DNA of 64,000 nt, taken from contig NW_024704743.1 of the NCBI RefSeq assembly GCF_018977255.1, forward strand, positions 108,440,001-108,504,000, read 5' to 3'. A program made the translations under genes and the position numbers. Positions 12,625 to 25,755 of this stretch are shown in pieces. The DNA comes from Callorhinchus milii. Lineage: Eukaryota. The notes beneath the pieces are model-generated. The model saw only the letters and a list, made by a program, of their open reading frames with translations, was not told where the DNA came from and searched no databases. Within the stretch, counting starts at the first letter, position 1, and every line of letters starts with the position of its first letter.

Positions 12625-12975
12625 TGAATAAATGTATTTGATAAGGGGAATGCTGATAAGTTGTCCCTGATCATTGGCAAATTCAAAACTAGAGGGCATA
12701 AATATAAGCTAGGCAGTAGCAGATCTGATAGGAATTTCAGAAAGAATTTCTTCATGCAGTGGGTGGTGAGGATGTGGAACTCGCTGCCAGAAGCTGTGGT
12801 TGAAACATTTAACATCTAAGTTTAAGAGAAAACTTGATGCGTAGATGAAGAGGAAGGAAACAAAAGGGTATAGATGAGAAGAACAAGAGGAGTGGGGGCT
12901 CATGTGGAATATAAACACCGGCTCTGAATAGTGGGTGTTTCCGTGCTGGATCACTCTATGTAAGTCTATGTAAAT
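12625..12975 (+). mobile_element. CR1 LINE 3' fragment, different subfamily
   Basis: AACTAGAGGGCATAAATATAAG...GGATGTGGAACTCGCTGCC...; tail CTCTATGTAAGTCTATG. Confidence 0.75.
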
Positions 12976-13224
12976 GAACATCAGGACTGTCCAGGACAGC
13001 ATCTACAACGTAAGCTGAGTGATCAGGCAAACCTCTATAATTATACACCGACTTGTGAGACATTGGGTCTGACATAAGATCTTCTCCGAGCTGAGATCTC
13101 ACAAGTTGGTGTGATAGAATGAATTTCCCTGCAGAAAATATAGGTTTATAGTTTGGGAGCAATGGAGACATCTCTCTCTCTCTTTCCCCTCTTTCTATCT
13201 CTCTCCCACCACCCCATCTATTGA

Positions 13225-13535
13225 CTCAGGTGCCCAGGACAACGTTAAGCAAGTTTCTTTACTCCAGTTGCCTCTGTTTACCTAGCAGTAAATAGGAACC
13301 CGGTTATCAGTCGATTGGCAGATTGCTTTTCCGGGGATAACAATCTCTTTAAAAAAAATGTGGTCGCTCAATCCACAACTTTTTGTGGGATACTGCTGTG
13401 TGCAATTGGCTGCCGCGTTTCTCCTACAAAATATACAGTCAATCCACTTTATAGTATATTCTGTAAAGCGCTTTGAGACATCTTGACAATGTGCTAAAGC
13501 GCTATATCAAATGCAAGGATTATTATTACTATTAT
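13225..13535 (+). mobile_element. SINE family B (long form with Meta-domain-like middle), head truncated
   Basis: GCAAGTTTCTTTACTCCAGTTGCCTCTGTTTACCTAGCAGTAAATAGGAACCC followed by the shared L2-like tail. Confidence 0.8.
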
Positions 13536-13779
13536 TTGTATCAAGGTAGCTTTTTCCAAATGTTAGGCTGTTCAAATGTTTTTTTTGAACCCAATGGCCG
13601 GGTAACAAGCTTCTTTTGCTTTTAGGATAGGGGAAAGGTAAACAACATTATGGTTGATTTGGTGACTCAGAAATTGAGCTCGCGCCCCTGTCATTTATCA
13701 GCTGGAAGCAAATGGCTACAAACGTGAGCCGCTGAAAGCCACTTCAGCAATACAATCAGGATTAGTCCATCATGACCTT

Positions 13780-14045
13780 TGATCTCTCATAGTTAGCTGT
13801 GATGGCAGTACAGAGCGTCACAATTGACTTCAGCTTCCCCCCTGTATTTGGGGGGGGAAATTAGCCATGGCTCCTGCTCCTAATCGCTGTCCAATGACTC
13901 CTATTGGAAAGTGCATGATGGTGGAAGCAGGTTGAGGATGGGATAAGGCTTGGCTTTGGTGCTCCCTCTGGGAACATAATAACCTGCTGACAATCCTGCT
14001 CACACATTAAGAACAGGCCGTCAGATGAGGTGCCAGAGCTTTGCT
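13780..14045 (+). mobile_element. Family C SINE
   Basis: AAATTAGCCATGGCTCCTGCTCCTAATCGCTGTCC...GGTTGAGGATGGGATAAGGCTTGGCT, homologous to the other family C copies. Confidence 0.6.
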
Positions 14046-14851
14046 GCTTTACAAGATGATGGAGGATTTGACGTTTCCTTTGTTTTTTAAGTTCAGGATT
14101 TGCAGGCAGTGATGCAGTGGGTAGTCATGGCAACACGACACTTCTCCAGGTCCTGCACAGGTTGAGTTGTCAGGAGGAGGCATCAAGTGAAGGGCAAACC
14201 CGTCCCATAAAGACAGAAGTAAAAATTGTTGGGCGAGGCACCGTGGTTCATTCACAGATAGATTTCCTGATAGCTGGAGGGTGGCATCAGTCTGGCTCAC
14301 AGGGCACATTGGCTACTCACAAAGTCAGCTGAGCAGCGAGAAGCATCTTGATAAAACTTAAATGGAGAGAGAAAAGGAGCCAATAAACGGTGTACATATT
14401 AAAAGGTTAACAATAACATAACTCACACTTCCAATACATTGTCCCCTGTATTTCTGGAATCCTTTCAATGGCAATACTTTCCATTTAAAAAGATGCCTAA
14501 AATAAATGTAAGCAATGACTTGTTAGTGATCCCAGCGACTTCTGTTTTTGTTTTTAGTGATTTTAAATGTTCAGCACAAGCCTGGGATTAGCTGAGATTG
14601 GCTGTTTGTGGACATTGCTGCACGCAATTTGGCAGCCGTGATTGCCCACAAAACACACAGTCACCTCAATCTACAGTAAATCTGGTGAAGTGCCTTGGGA
14701 CGTCTCAACATGAAAGGCTCTACATCAATGGAAGGATTATCAGTAATAGTAAAGGAATGAGAACAATACTGCAGTCTCAGTTCTTACATTGTGGTCAATG
14801 CAAGGGACTGCCTCCAACTTCTGATCAGGCCAACGTCAGCTAGTAATATAA

Positions 14852-15160
14852 TAATAATAATAATAATCCTTGCATGTGATATAGTGCTTTTCATGTCTTC
14901 TAGCCAAAGCGCTTCACAGAATATAATGTAATGTGAATTGACTGTATATTTGTGGGCGAGATGCGGCAGCCAATTGCACACAGCAGTGTCCCGCAAACAG
15001 TCGTGGATTGAAGTGATACATTTGTTCTTATTTTTTCCTGAGGGATTATTATCAGGCGTGTGGAGTAAGGAAACTTGCCCAAGGTTGTGCCCTACCGGGA
15101 ATCGAAACCAGGTCTCTCGCTTGCAAGGCTAGTGCCCTAACCACTGAGCTACAGGACTCC
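14852..15160 (-). mobile_element. SINE family B (short form), full length with TSD
   Basis: Head GGAGTCCTGTAGCTCAGTGGTTAGGGCAC...GGTTTCGATTCC (A/B boxes); (TTA)n tail; AATATAA duplicated at 14845-14851 and 15161-15167. Confidence 0.9.
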
Positions 15161-15716
15161 AATATAACCAGTGTGGGTTCAGATGGAATACTACTACTAT
15201 TACTACAAATAATAATATTAAATAAATATTAACTGGGAAGGGAAGCGAAAGAAAGGATGGGGAAAAAAAGACTTTTGTGTTACCATGACAACCAAATGAC
15301 ATCCTTTCCACTGCAATTCGCATGAATACCACAAATCCTTAACCAACAGTGTGACCCAGGTGATCTGTTTTCTTACCAGCAGAGGGCCTTGTTGATTTAA
15401 GCTGTGGGACTTGAACATGACTCACACGGCAGAGCAGCCGGGAAGTAGGGAGAGAAATGTAAGCTGTTGTTTTTGAATTGAGGGTGATAAGCATTTGGAA
15501 ATCCTCTGTCACACACACAGACACTGTGTGAAGCGTTCTGTCGGGCTTAGGGGTTCTCCCGCTTCCTCGTAGTGTCAACAATTTCCAGCTCTCAGCTTGA
15601 CATCAAATAATTCAGAACATTCTAATTGTTGCCGGCAGTAGATTATTTTAGGCGCTGTTAGGAGATCCTCTCGCCCTCCCCTGCTGTCACTTTTCAAGGA
15701 CTGCACTTTAATGATG

Positions 15717-16163
15717 GTGTCAGATTGACTCAGTTGTGGCACTCTTGTCTCTGAGTCAAAAGGTTCAAGTCGCAACCTTTTGTCGGGACTTTGAATTTGC
15801 GTAGTCCCCCAGGCTGACACTCCATTGCAGTGATGTGGGTGCACTGCATTGTCTGAGGTGCCGTTCTTCAAATGAGATGTTAATCCGAGTTCCCATTTGC
15901 CTGTTCAGCTGTACTTTAAAGATCCCATGGGACTATTTGAAAAGGGAAGGGAGTTACTCCCAATGTCCTGGCCAACAATCCCTCAGATAAAATTGATCAT
16001 TCACATCAATGTTATTTGTGGGATATCGCTGTGCCCAATTTAGCTGCCATGTTTCCGACAAAATGCACAGACACTATATTTTGCAGTAAAAATTCTGTGA
16101 AGCACTTTGAGACATCCTCTTGTTGTGAAAGGTGCTACATCAAATCTAAGGATTATTATTATT
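15717..16163 (+). mobile_element. Deu-domain SINE (family A), full length
   Basis: tRNA head, Deu core GAGGTGCCGTTCTTCAAATGAGATGTTAATCCGAG...AAAGATCCCATGG, tail AAGGATTATTATT. Confidence 0.88.
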
Positions 16164-16514
16164 AAGATTTACAGTCTGCTGGATGTATGTAATTTAATCT
16201 GATGGTGTTTCTGTCACAATTACATCTGATATTGTCTTTGTGGGCCTTACGTTTGGCCTTCGGGTCTTCTGCAATGTCGACCAAAGTTTGATTTAAAAAA
16301 AATGTAACTAGATTTTTGTAGCACTGAATTATTTGTCCAAAAATTGAATAATCGCTGCACCCTAGCTATACACACGTATCCTGCCTCCATCTGTTCTTCT
16401 CAGTAGCGGGAAATGATAGATAATTAACTCAGTGCCTTTGTCCTTCCCTTGCTAAATATCTGACACTTTTTTTATTTTCAGAGAGAGAAAAAATGAATGA
16501 TGCTTCATAACTGA

Positions 16515-16571
16515 CCTGAGAAGCTGATACAAAGCTATTAGCATGAAGGCAAGCATAACAGATGCATTGGG
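16515..16571 (-). other. Candidate 57-nt exon
   Basis: Acceptor catttccttcgcag, donor CAG|gtcagt; open in phases 0 and 2; peptide not recognised. Confidence 0.2.
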
Positions 16572-16672
16572 CCTGCGAAGGAAATGTATTAAGCAATACG
16601 CACACTCTCGGAAACTGGAGGGTGACACGGACAATAGCAGCCTGAGGCCTGCTAGGCATCCTTCATAAAGCA

Positions 16673-16687
16673 CCAAGGTCAAGGTCA
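16673..16687 (+). promoter_or_regulatory. Nuclear-receptor DR0 / tandem SF1-ERR-type half-sites (CCAAGGTCAAGGTCA)
   Basis: Motif match only, in non-repetitive sequence. Confidence 0.3.
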
Positions 16688-18149
16688 ATAAGCATTGCAG
16701 AGGAAGCTCTTCAAATCAATTAGCAGCCATTTGGCTGTTTCTGATAAAACTGATAACAAAGGAAACATTTGTCAGTTTTTAATGAAGATCATTTCTTCCA
16801 GGGTGGAAGAGGATCACAAAACTGCTACTTTTCTTTAGCTGCGATTTTATCAGTGAGCCTTGACTAGTGCGGCAATGACCTTCCTGAAATGAGTTTAGAA
16901 GAGAAGCTGTTGAGTGCTATGTAAATGCATCTTGTTTAAGTAACACTACCTTTTATCACCTCTACACACTGCAGAAATGTTCTGAATGAGCCATTTTGAC
17001 TCAATGACACACCTTACGTGCATCTTACTCTAAAAGATATATTATGATATCAGTAAGTTTAAGTGGAGTTATTATGGTACTTATTCACTCTGCTTTTACT
17101 GACTTACACAGACAGGACATTTTGAGCAGGTGTATGTATGGTATTCATCCATCAAAGCAATAAAAATTGAGCATCATCATAATAAACACAAGCTTTCAAG
17201 AGCATCTTGTGTAAGGAGCACATCAGCAGAACCTACCAGTGAGAGAAAAGCCCAAACTGCAGAGGGTAAAGATGATATCATAGCTTTTTCTGCTAATACT
17301 GATGTGAATGTTCCCCGTGCTTTGCTGCATAGCTGTGGGACTGAACATTCAGTACCCTAGCCAAAAAGGCAATGGATCTAAGTCCTAAAAAGCCTCAGTC
17401 AGTGAAAGGAAATCCTCCTCAGACCCTTCTGCCTGGTTCTGTTGGGCATTAGATTTGCCAAGGTGGGACTTGATCTTCCTTCTCTAGATTGTCAGCTACT
17501 GTCCCCAACCTCTGAGAGAAATCCTCTATGTGATTAATGATTCCCAAGTAAGGAATCCTGTAGGAAGCAAAATGACCTATTGTGACTGGTGCTCCAATTT
17601 TCATTCTCTTCCTGAGTGCTTGCCTTATATTTCACATCTAAACCATCTACCCCAGCTGAAATCAAAAATTCACCGTGGGAGGAATCATGTGTGAGACACT
17701 ATGAAGACCAGCGTTGGCTCAGGACCCTTGCTGGTTAACTTTTGTGAGCTCCTCGCAGCGAAAACAAGAACAGGTCAATGTTAAGACCTCTTTGGAGAAT
17801 GTTGTGAAGCTTATTGAGAACCGGAAAATATTTTTGCAGAAATTAAATGCACATACTTCGCAAACTCCAAAGACAATTTGGTACTTCACACTTCATTGCA
17901 GTGAAGTAGCAAGTTTTGATTGCTGCAGCTTGTCACACAACTTGAGCACAAAGGAACTTGTTAAAAGGAACAATTGCAAGCTGGGTTGATTTTGAAATTA
18001 TGAAACTGACAGACAGATCTCTGGAAAGTAAGGAGTAAAGGTAATGCATTTTTAACATATTAATTGATCTCACAATAAAAGATTTCTTTAGATAATTCTT
18101 TAGTTCAGGGACTAGTTAGTCCTGATGGTGCATAAGATAGATGGAGTTT

Positions 18150-18510
18150 TAGACCACTGGTTTGAATCCTGGTCTGTGTGGAATTTGCTGGACTCAGCTG
18201 AGATTGCACGCGGAGGCTTTCCAGAGTTAGGGAGAGGAAACCCAGATAGGATTCCTGCTCTTGACATCTCTACCTCTACAACACCCTGTCTTTGTGTGCC
18301 TGTGTGGCAATCAAGTGTGGAGAGGTCAGGCTCGATTGTGTCGCTCTCCACAGTCGAATGGCCTGCCGACATTCATTGCCAGGGCTTACACATGAACAAT
18401 GGATGCTTGGGTTGGGGTAGGGCTGGGGGGAGGGCAAGCAATGCCTGTGGAATTACACCCAGCAAGAGAAGGCCAGAACAGAGAAAAATGTGCCAGTGGG
18501 GAGAAAATTA
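18150..18510 (+). mobile_element. Family C SINE
   Basis: GGTTTGAATCCTGGTCTGTG (B box)...CACAGTCGAATGGCCTGCCGACATTCATTGCCAGGGCTTACACATGAA. Confidence 0.65.
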
Positions 18511-21500
18511 GAAATGAAAATTGGATACACTATTTTGTTTAAAAAAGAGGAAAACATAATTAATTAGTTTACCCCTAGGGCTTCATTATGGCATTTCACA
18601 CACAGATTATTTGCTGCAATGGGTGTCTGGCCACTTAAGCTTCTCTAAAGTATATTGGGTCGAAAACTATTTCTATGCTGTCTGACTGCCTTGTATCACT
18701 AATCATGTCAGTAATCAGTCAGACTACTTTTCTCCTATGAAGGTTCTTTAACATCAGATTTGAAAAGGCCTTCAAAATCAACAGTGTAGGTGACCTGAGT
18801 ACTGGGGAATACACCGTGCAATGGCGGAGTGTGTCTCGTGAAGGATCCCCACATACCTCTTGCTGACTCTCACACTCTCTGCTCCGTCCTGTGGTTGCTT
18901 TAGACTACAGTTCTAGCGAGTCTGTGTTACACCCATGGGATTTCATGCACTTGGATTTTTTGCTTTACATCCTTAGCAGCGTTTACAAATATATATATTT
19001 TTAAATAATTGTTGCATTTGATGTAATGCCTTTTACATTGGGAGGGTGTCTCAAGATGTTTCACGGATTTTACTGTAGAGTGTAGTAACTTTATTTTGTA
19101 GGCAAAAAACTAATGTATTTCTCGGCGCTCATGTCATTTACATCAGTTTTCCCAGGTGGGCCCTTCTTCAACCCCATTGTCTCCATTAACAAAGCGAGAG
19201 GACTGACCTCATGCTCAACCCTGTCGCATCTCATAACAGAGGGGGCCTCTTGTCCTAATGGGGCTCAGCTGGGCTATGTGGTCAGCCAACCTGATGTATG
19301 GAGAGGGATCACAGTCTTTTGCCTGTCCCTACGTCTTTGGTATTCCCTAGTGACGTGAATGGATGGAGAGCAACCTGACAGTCTAAGAATTGATGCTTCA
19401 TTTTCTGCTAGTCATCTGAATTGTTTGCGTCGACCAATATTTTAAACTCAGATCCATTTATTTCAAAGCCCATCAGTGCAATTTATCCATCTTCCACCTC
19501 ATATTATTTTCTAGCACCCGTTGATCTACAAGCTAACGTAACATGCTTTCTTTTTGGCCTACGTGAGTATCCACAACATACTGCACCCTCAGCATCAGGC
19601 CCACATTCGTTAAACATTAGTGGTGATTGACAATCATTTTAAATGAATGGTGTGGATCCCATGTGCTTCTGCCAATAACCAATTATACTATGGTGCATCA
19701 GAGAGTCCAGAGACTCATTTATTGTAGTTCCTCGTGAATGGGAGATGGCTTGTTTCAAACAGAAGCTAAAAATGTAAGCTCCGCATGAGAATGAAAGCCT
19801 AGAATAATAAATGATCTCTTCTTGCCTCCTTTCACATACAATTCATCCACTTAAATACACTCTTCACACCTCGGTTAGAAAGTGAAACACACTCCCATTA
19901 TTAATACCAACCTTTTATTTTGGTCAGCAGGTCGGAAATCTATCACTATTCTTAAGAGTATTCAAACCAGACTGAGAGTTCCATATATTCTTGTCACCTC
20001 CACGTGGAAGTGATATAATATTAATAAATAATAATCTTTGCCTTTGATATAATGCCTTATCATGTCTTTGAGAAATCTCAAAGCGCTTCACAGAATTTAC
20101 CGTAATGTAAATTGACTATATTTTGTGGGCGATTATTAACCCTGAAAAACTAAAGTAAAGATTAAAACCCAATTTAAAACAGAAATAAACCATAAACATG
20201 TTAAAGTGCTCAGAGACTCCACCCCTTGTGAAAGGAGCTATATAAATGCAAGCTGCTTTTGTCATTGTAGGACTTGTGTGTTCCATTCTTTTCCATTCTA
20301 TTCGCACACCATGATATTTTTATTTTTTGAGTTAAATTTTGCTTTCTTCCTTTCTAATATAGCCTAAGCTATAGTTACTATGTTTCGCTCTCCCTTTACA
20401 CAGTGTAACTTTTCAGGCTTTAATTTTTCTCTTACCTTCTTTCTGCTCCACATTGACTTTGGAGATGGAAACGTGAGATTTTTAGATAAGAATCTGAACT
20501 GCTCTTGGAAACTATTTTTCCTGCCAATCGGTGGGCAGGAAGAGGGAGCAAATCCACATGACGCTAAACTTTGACATTCTTCTCAGCATTTCAGACGGCC
20601 CAAATTTGGGATAGTTCTTAAATCTAGTCTTGATTTTCAAGCTGTTTTTCTGTACTTCTTAAAAGAACCTACAAAAATGATCTTCAAAATGAAGGCTAAA
20701 TTTAAGATTTGTTCAGAATTCGAAAGCTCTAAAATGCTATGAGTAAATTCCAAGTTTAGATCCAGTTGGATTCTCCCCCCCACCCCACCCACCCCCCACC
20801 AACCCCCGTTCCTTCACAGCCCAGATCCCAGGCTATCATCCAATTCCCAGAGATCACAAGGAATGAGACTACAGTTTTTTCTGTTCCACTGTAGCATAAT
20901 TGGTTGTTAACAAGAACCCAGGCTGGTTGGCTCGATCACAGCATTTGGAAAAAAAACACTTGTCCAGTGTTCTCAAAAGGTTAATATTCAGGAGCTTTGG
21001 TTGATTACCTTCAGGGAAATTTTGCAAAGCTTTATCCCCTTGAAGATTTGTCTGTGGTATCCACAGTAGATAACATGGTCCACACACTAGGACACATTGT
21101 ACACAGTCTGTGGAGAGACTAGTCACAATGGAGGCCTTTCCTGGTTCCATACTTTCTTTTGTTCTTAATCCCCTGAAGGAGGTGATATCCAAAAGTGCCA
21201 CCTTGAAGAAGTTAAACCTGTAACACTTCTCTGTGACCCCTGCAGGTAATCAAGGCAAACCCTCAGAATATCAAAGATTACAACCTATACTATTCAATTC
21301 TATCCAGATGTATTAAAACACATGACATTTCCACTGCTCTAACAACACTGCTCTAACAACCACAGGGTATTTGATCATCAGTGACTACTCTTATCTTTAG
21401 ATTCTTCAATCCATTTCAGAGCCAGATATTCATCCAGCACCTCTTTGAAACAATTAATCAACAGCACTTTGATGGATTTTGCTCCACATATCCACAACTT

Positions 21501-21583
21501 TGCAGGGCAAAAGGGATTGAATCGTATAAAGATTTGATTTGAGCAGTTATAAACTTATTATAGTCAATGCAATAAAACATGAT

Positions 21584-22952
21584 AACAACAACAAGATTTC
21601 ATTTATAGAGCGCCTTTCACGTCGGGAGGACGTCCCAAGGCGCTGGACAGTTGGGTCGGGACTCCAGCAGGGGGGAAATGGTCAGGGTGAGGGGAGGGAA
21701 GGGAGGGAGCGAGGAAGGGGTAGAGAATCGAGAGGGGAGCTGAAGGCACGGTCAAAGAGAAAGGTCTTGAGACCGGCCTTGAAGGAGGAAAGGGAGGAAG
21801 CAAGGCGAAGGTACTGGGGGATGGACTTCCAGAGCCTAGGGTCTGAGAGGCTGAAGGCCCGGCCACCGATGGTAGGGCAGTTGGGGCGGGGGATGTGGAG
21901 CAGACCGGAGCCAGAGAAACGGAGGGTACAGGCAGATAAGTAGGGGGATAGTAGGTCGGAGAGGTAGGAGTGAGCAAGGCCGTGAATGGCCTTGTAGGTG
22001 AGGATGAGAACCTTGAATTCGATCCTCTGGGGGATGGGGAGCCAGTGGAGGCGAACGAGGGTGGGAGTGATGTGGTCCCGAAGCCTGGTGCGAGACAGTA
22101 CACGAGCTGCAGAGTTCTGAATGACCTACAGCTTCGGGAGGGAGGTGCCGGGAAGGCCGGCGAGGAGAGAGTTCCCATAGTCCAGCCTTGAGGTGATAAA
22201 GGCGTGGACCAGTGTTTCAGCAGCGTGAGGGGTGAGGTAGTCTGCCGATGTTCCGGAGATGGTGGAAGGCGGTGTAAGTTGTGGCGCGGATGTGGGGAAG
22301 AAAGGACAGCTCAGGGTCGAACAGAAACCCAAGGTCCTGACTGGCTTTGAGAGGTGGAGAGTGCAGCCTTGGATGCTGATGCTGTCAGCACCTGAGGTGC
22401 GGAGGCGCTGACGTGAGCCAATCAGGAGGGCTTCAGTTTTGCGCACGTTGAGCTGAAGAAAGCTGTCTCTCGTCCAGGACTCGATGTCGGACAGGCAGGC
22501 TGTCAGGACATCGGTGGTCGTGGAGTTGAGGGTAGAGGAGGAAAGGTAGAGTTGGGTGTCATCCGCATACATGTGGAAGTTAACCTCTTGTCTGCGGATG
22601 ATGTCACCAAGGGGGAGCATATAGAGGGTGAAGAGGAGGGGACCGAGGACAGAGCCCTGAGGGACACCGCACGAGACAGTGCGGGTGCTGGAGGAAAACC
22701 CATTTGTGGAAACAAAATGAAGACGGTGGGAGAGGTACGACCTAAACCACTCAAGGACAGGGCCTTGAAGGTTGAGGTGGGAGGACAAGCGGTGGAGGAG
22801 GATAGCGTGGTCGACCGTATTGAATGCGGCTGATAGGTCGAGGAGGACGAGGAGGCAGGGGGAGCCCTGGTCGCAGATGGTCAAGATGTCATTAATGACC
22901 TTGACCAGGGCGGTTTCTGTGCTATGGGCAGCACGGAAACCCGACTGAAGGG
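21584..22952 (-). mobile_element. L2 LINE, 5'-truncated, CpG-rich (relatively young)
   Basis: ORF 22126-22998 has [40 protein letters not shown] and YADDTQLY; 3' stem-loop ACGTCCTCCCGACGT and (TTG)n tail. Confidence 0.95.
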
Positions 22953-23370
22953 GAGCTTTGGGGAGACCATTAAAATAGTTCTTGTTTTGGTTAGCCAACT
23001 GTCTGACACATGTGGAAAGCTATCACCATTGCATAAGAGTTTTCAAACTGGTCTGAAAGTTCCATGTATGCCATGTACTCATGGAAATTCCTATATCTGC
23101 AATAATAATAATATATTCAGAAATGGTTTGACATAAAACCTGATGCACAAAATGTTCATCTCCTGCAGAAAATTGTTACTTTGTGTTTAAGTTCAAATGC
23201 ACTAAGAAAAGTAACATAAATTTCAAGTGTAACGTGGTTATTGGTCTGGCTGACCGATCACTGAAAACCACTTCGAAACTACCTCGGTGTACAATAACAA
23301 TAATAATCTTACATTGTGTGGAATGTGCACTTTCTTTCTGGAGGGATGCATCCTGCTTATCTAAGAGTAT

Positions 23371-23650
23371 AATAATCCTTGCATTTTGATATAGCACTTT
23401 GACACGCTTCACAGAATATACTGTAAAGTGAATTGACTGTATATTTGTGGACGAAACCTGGCAGCCAATTGCACACAGCAGTGTCCCACAAATAGTCGTG
23501 GATTGAAGTAACCAATTTATTATTGCTTTTTTCTTGAGGGATTATTATCAGGCGTGTGGAGTAAGGAAACTTACTCAAGGTTTTGCCCTGCTGAGAATTG
23601 AACCCAGGTTTCTCGCTTGTGAGTCGAGTGCTCGAACCACTGAGCTGCAG
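23371..23650 (-). mobile_element. SINE family B (short form)
   Basis: Head GCAGCTCAGTGGTTCGAGCACTCG...GGGTTCAATTC; shared tail; flanked by AGTAT on both sides. Confidence 0.85.
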
Positions 23651-23894
23651 TATTAGGTATAGAGTCAAGGCTTGACTCTACACCTCCTGAATCTGCTGGG
23701 GTACGAGTGCACACTCTGCACAAGCCTTGGCTATTGCATCTTCATTTTTCTTAGCAATTCAGAGCATGCAAATTCTGGACACTATGTGAGGGAAAAATGA
23801 CAGTACAATGGAGTATAGTTTATACCATGGTTCTATTGTAACAATGCATCTGTGCTATTCCAGAAACATGGTACACTGACTAGCCAGCTTCCTA

Positions 23895-24096
23895 CACAAA
23901 GGTTTGTAGAAATCTGGAATTCTCTCCCCAAGTGGGCTGTGGATGGCATTCTCAAGTATGAAGTTGATAGATATTTGTTATGTAAGGGTATCAGGGGGTA
24001 TGGAGATAAGGCAGGTAACTAGAGTTGAGGTAGCAATGATATAATATAATAGTGGAACAGGCTCAAGGGGCTGAATGGACTGCTCCTGTTCCTATG
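23895..24096 (+). mobile_element. CR1 3' fragment
   Basis: TCTGGAATTCTCTCCCC...GGCTCAAGGGGCTGAATGGACTGCTCCTGTTCCTATG. Confidence 0.75.
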
Positions 24097-25159
24097 TCAC
24101 TTCCTGCGCATTGCATGCCTGGGGTTATGCGCAAGAAGCTTTGCAGATGTCACTCCCTGAACGTTACTCATGTGCGCTATGCCCCACTGATGTCATTCAG
24201 CAGCACATTGTGCACATAGTGTGTGTGTGTGGAGAACACAGGAAGTGATATCAGCAGCGACCTGGGAAGTAGGGGTAGGGAATTTTTGATGGGGAATTCT
24301 TTATAATGCAGCGACTAATTTGGCGGGTGGGCAGTGGGTTTGAGATACCATGTTATAACAAGCTTGCATTCTGTATTTTGTGCTGCTCCATATCTGCAGT
24401 GCAATATACAATATTATTTTTTGTTTGTCAGGAACATTTCACATTTCCAGGGTGTTTTTATTTTCTGTGCGTGACCTCTGATGCTTCAAGACGCAGCACA
24501 GCTGCAGGAAGGTGCATAAAAAGATTAAAAGTCAGCACTCCCGGGCCCAGGGAAAGGACTGGTCAGACAATGTGTCCTGCGCATCCTGATAAAAATAAAA
24601 GATCAGCCAAAACTCGTGCTTTATTACAGAATCATTTTCTAATCCTTCTTCTGAATTATTAAACAGGGCTTGTCAGACTTTGTCTGATTATCTTTCCATC
24701 CCTGTGACTCAACACTGACCTTTTATGTAACATCAAAATGACTGCAGCGATCGATCGGGCCAATCACAGCTGCTTACACACTCCCAGAAAACCAGCAACA
24801 GCCCAAGATTGCACCGTCTCACACATATATTGACTCACTCTTCTGTGTTCCAGACATTCAACCAAATCTGAAGATTTCTTTAAAAAGCACTTACAATTCA
24901 ATATGTCGCATGACAAAACCAACACACTTTTGTTTGAGACTCTATGGCTCTGGGTTATATATTTTATAAGTGTGAATGATGTTCAAGGTCATAGCCTATG
25001 TTTGAAATGGTGCTGGTTTCAACGGAAACTGGGCCAGTAGTCTGAAACAGCATCTTAAATTATTGAAGATAAAGTTTTAAGAAAAGCGTTCACTTTGGGT
25101 GCATTACGTAGCAGGTAAGTAACAAATGAGTATGTACAGGAAGCAGTTCTGTAGTTATG

Positions 25160-25755
25160 CAAGTCTCATTTGGTAGCATTCTCACCTCTGAATCATAAGT
25201 TTAAGCTCCAGGTTAGGACTTTGAACTCCCAGTCTAGGCTGACACTCCATTGCAGTACTGCAATACAGCTGGACGTGCCATCGTTCGGATGAGATATTAA
25301 ACCCAAATCTCGTCTGCTCATTCCATTGGACATTAAAGATCCCATGGCACTATTCAAAAAAAGAAGGGAGCTTCTCCTGGGGTCCTGGCCAACAATTTCC
25401 AAATGAAATGCAAAATACTGCAGAATGCTGGAAATCTGAAACAAAAACAGAAGTCACTGGAAACACTCAGCAGGTCAGCCAGCATCTATGGAGAAACTAA
25501 AGTGAGTCAACATTTCATGTCCACAACCCTTCGTTAGACAGTTCCCAGTGACTTCTGTTTTTGTTTCAATCCGCCAAATGAAATTGGTCACTCACATCGT
25601 GGCTATTTGTGGGACAATGCTGTGTGCAGATGGGCTGTTCACCTTTAAAATACACATTTATTCCAATTTACAGTAAAATCCTGCGAAGCACTTTGAGATA
25701 TTTTGACAACATGATAAAGGCGGTATATCAAATGTAAAGATTAATATTCTATTAT
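25160..25755 (+). mobile_element. Deu-domain SINE (family A) interrupted by a Penelope-like hairpin
   Basis: Head and Deu core up to GTCCTGGCCAAC (about 25395); SINE resumes at about 25570 and runs to the tail. Confidence 0.85.
25403..25568. mobile_element. Penelope-like (PLE) terminal inverted-repeat fragment
   Basis: TGAAACAAAAACAGAAGTCACTGG...CCAGTGACTTCTGTTTTTGTTTCA inverted arms; resembles the common chondrichthyan PLE-derived palindrome (from recall). Confidence 0.6.

Noticed and set aside
15085..15160. tRNA gene (also 40070-40130 and 50578-50625)
   Set aside because: These are tRNA-derived SINE heads that continue into SINE body and tail
21008..21201. Minus-strand exon candidate within ORF 20869-21201
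   Set aside because: Modest splice sites and no recognisable peptide
21332..21359. 14-bp tandem duplication CACTGCTCTAACAA
   Set aside because: Ordinary slippage-type micro-duplication
24100..24352. hAT-Charlie-like element ending GTTTGAGATACCATG
   Set aside because: Only one plausible terminus; no matching TIR or TSD found
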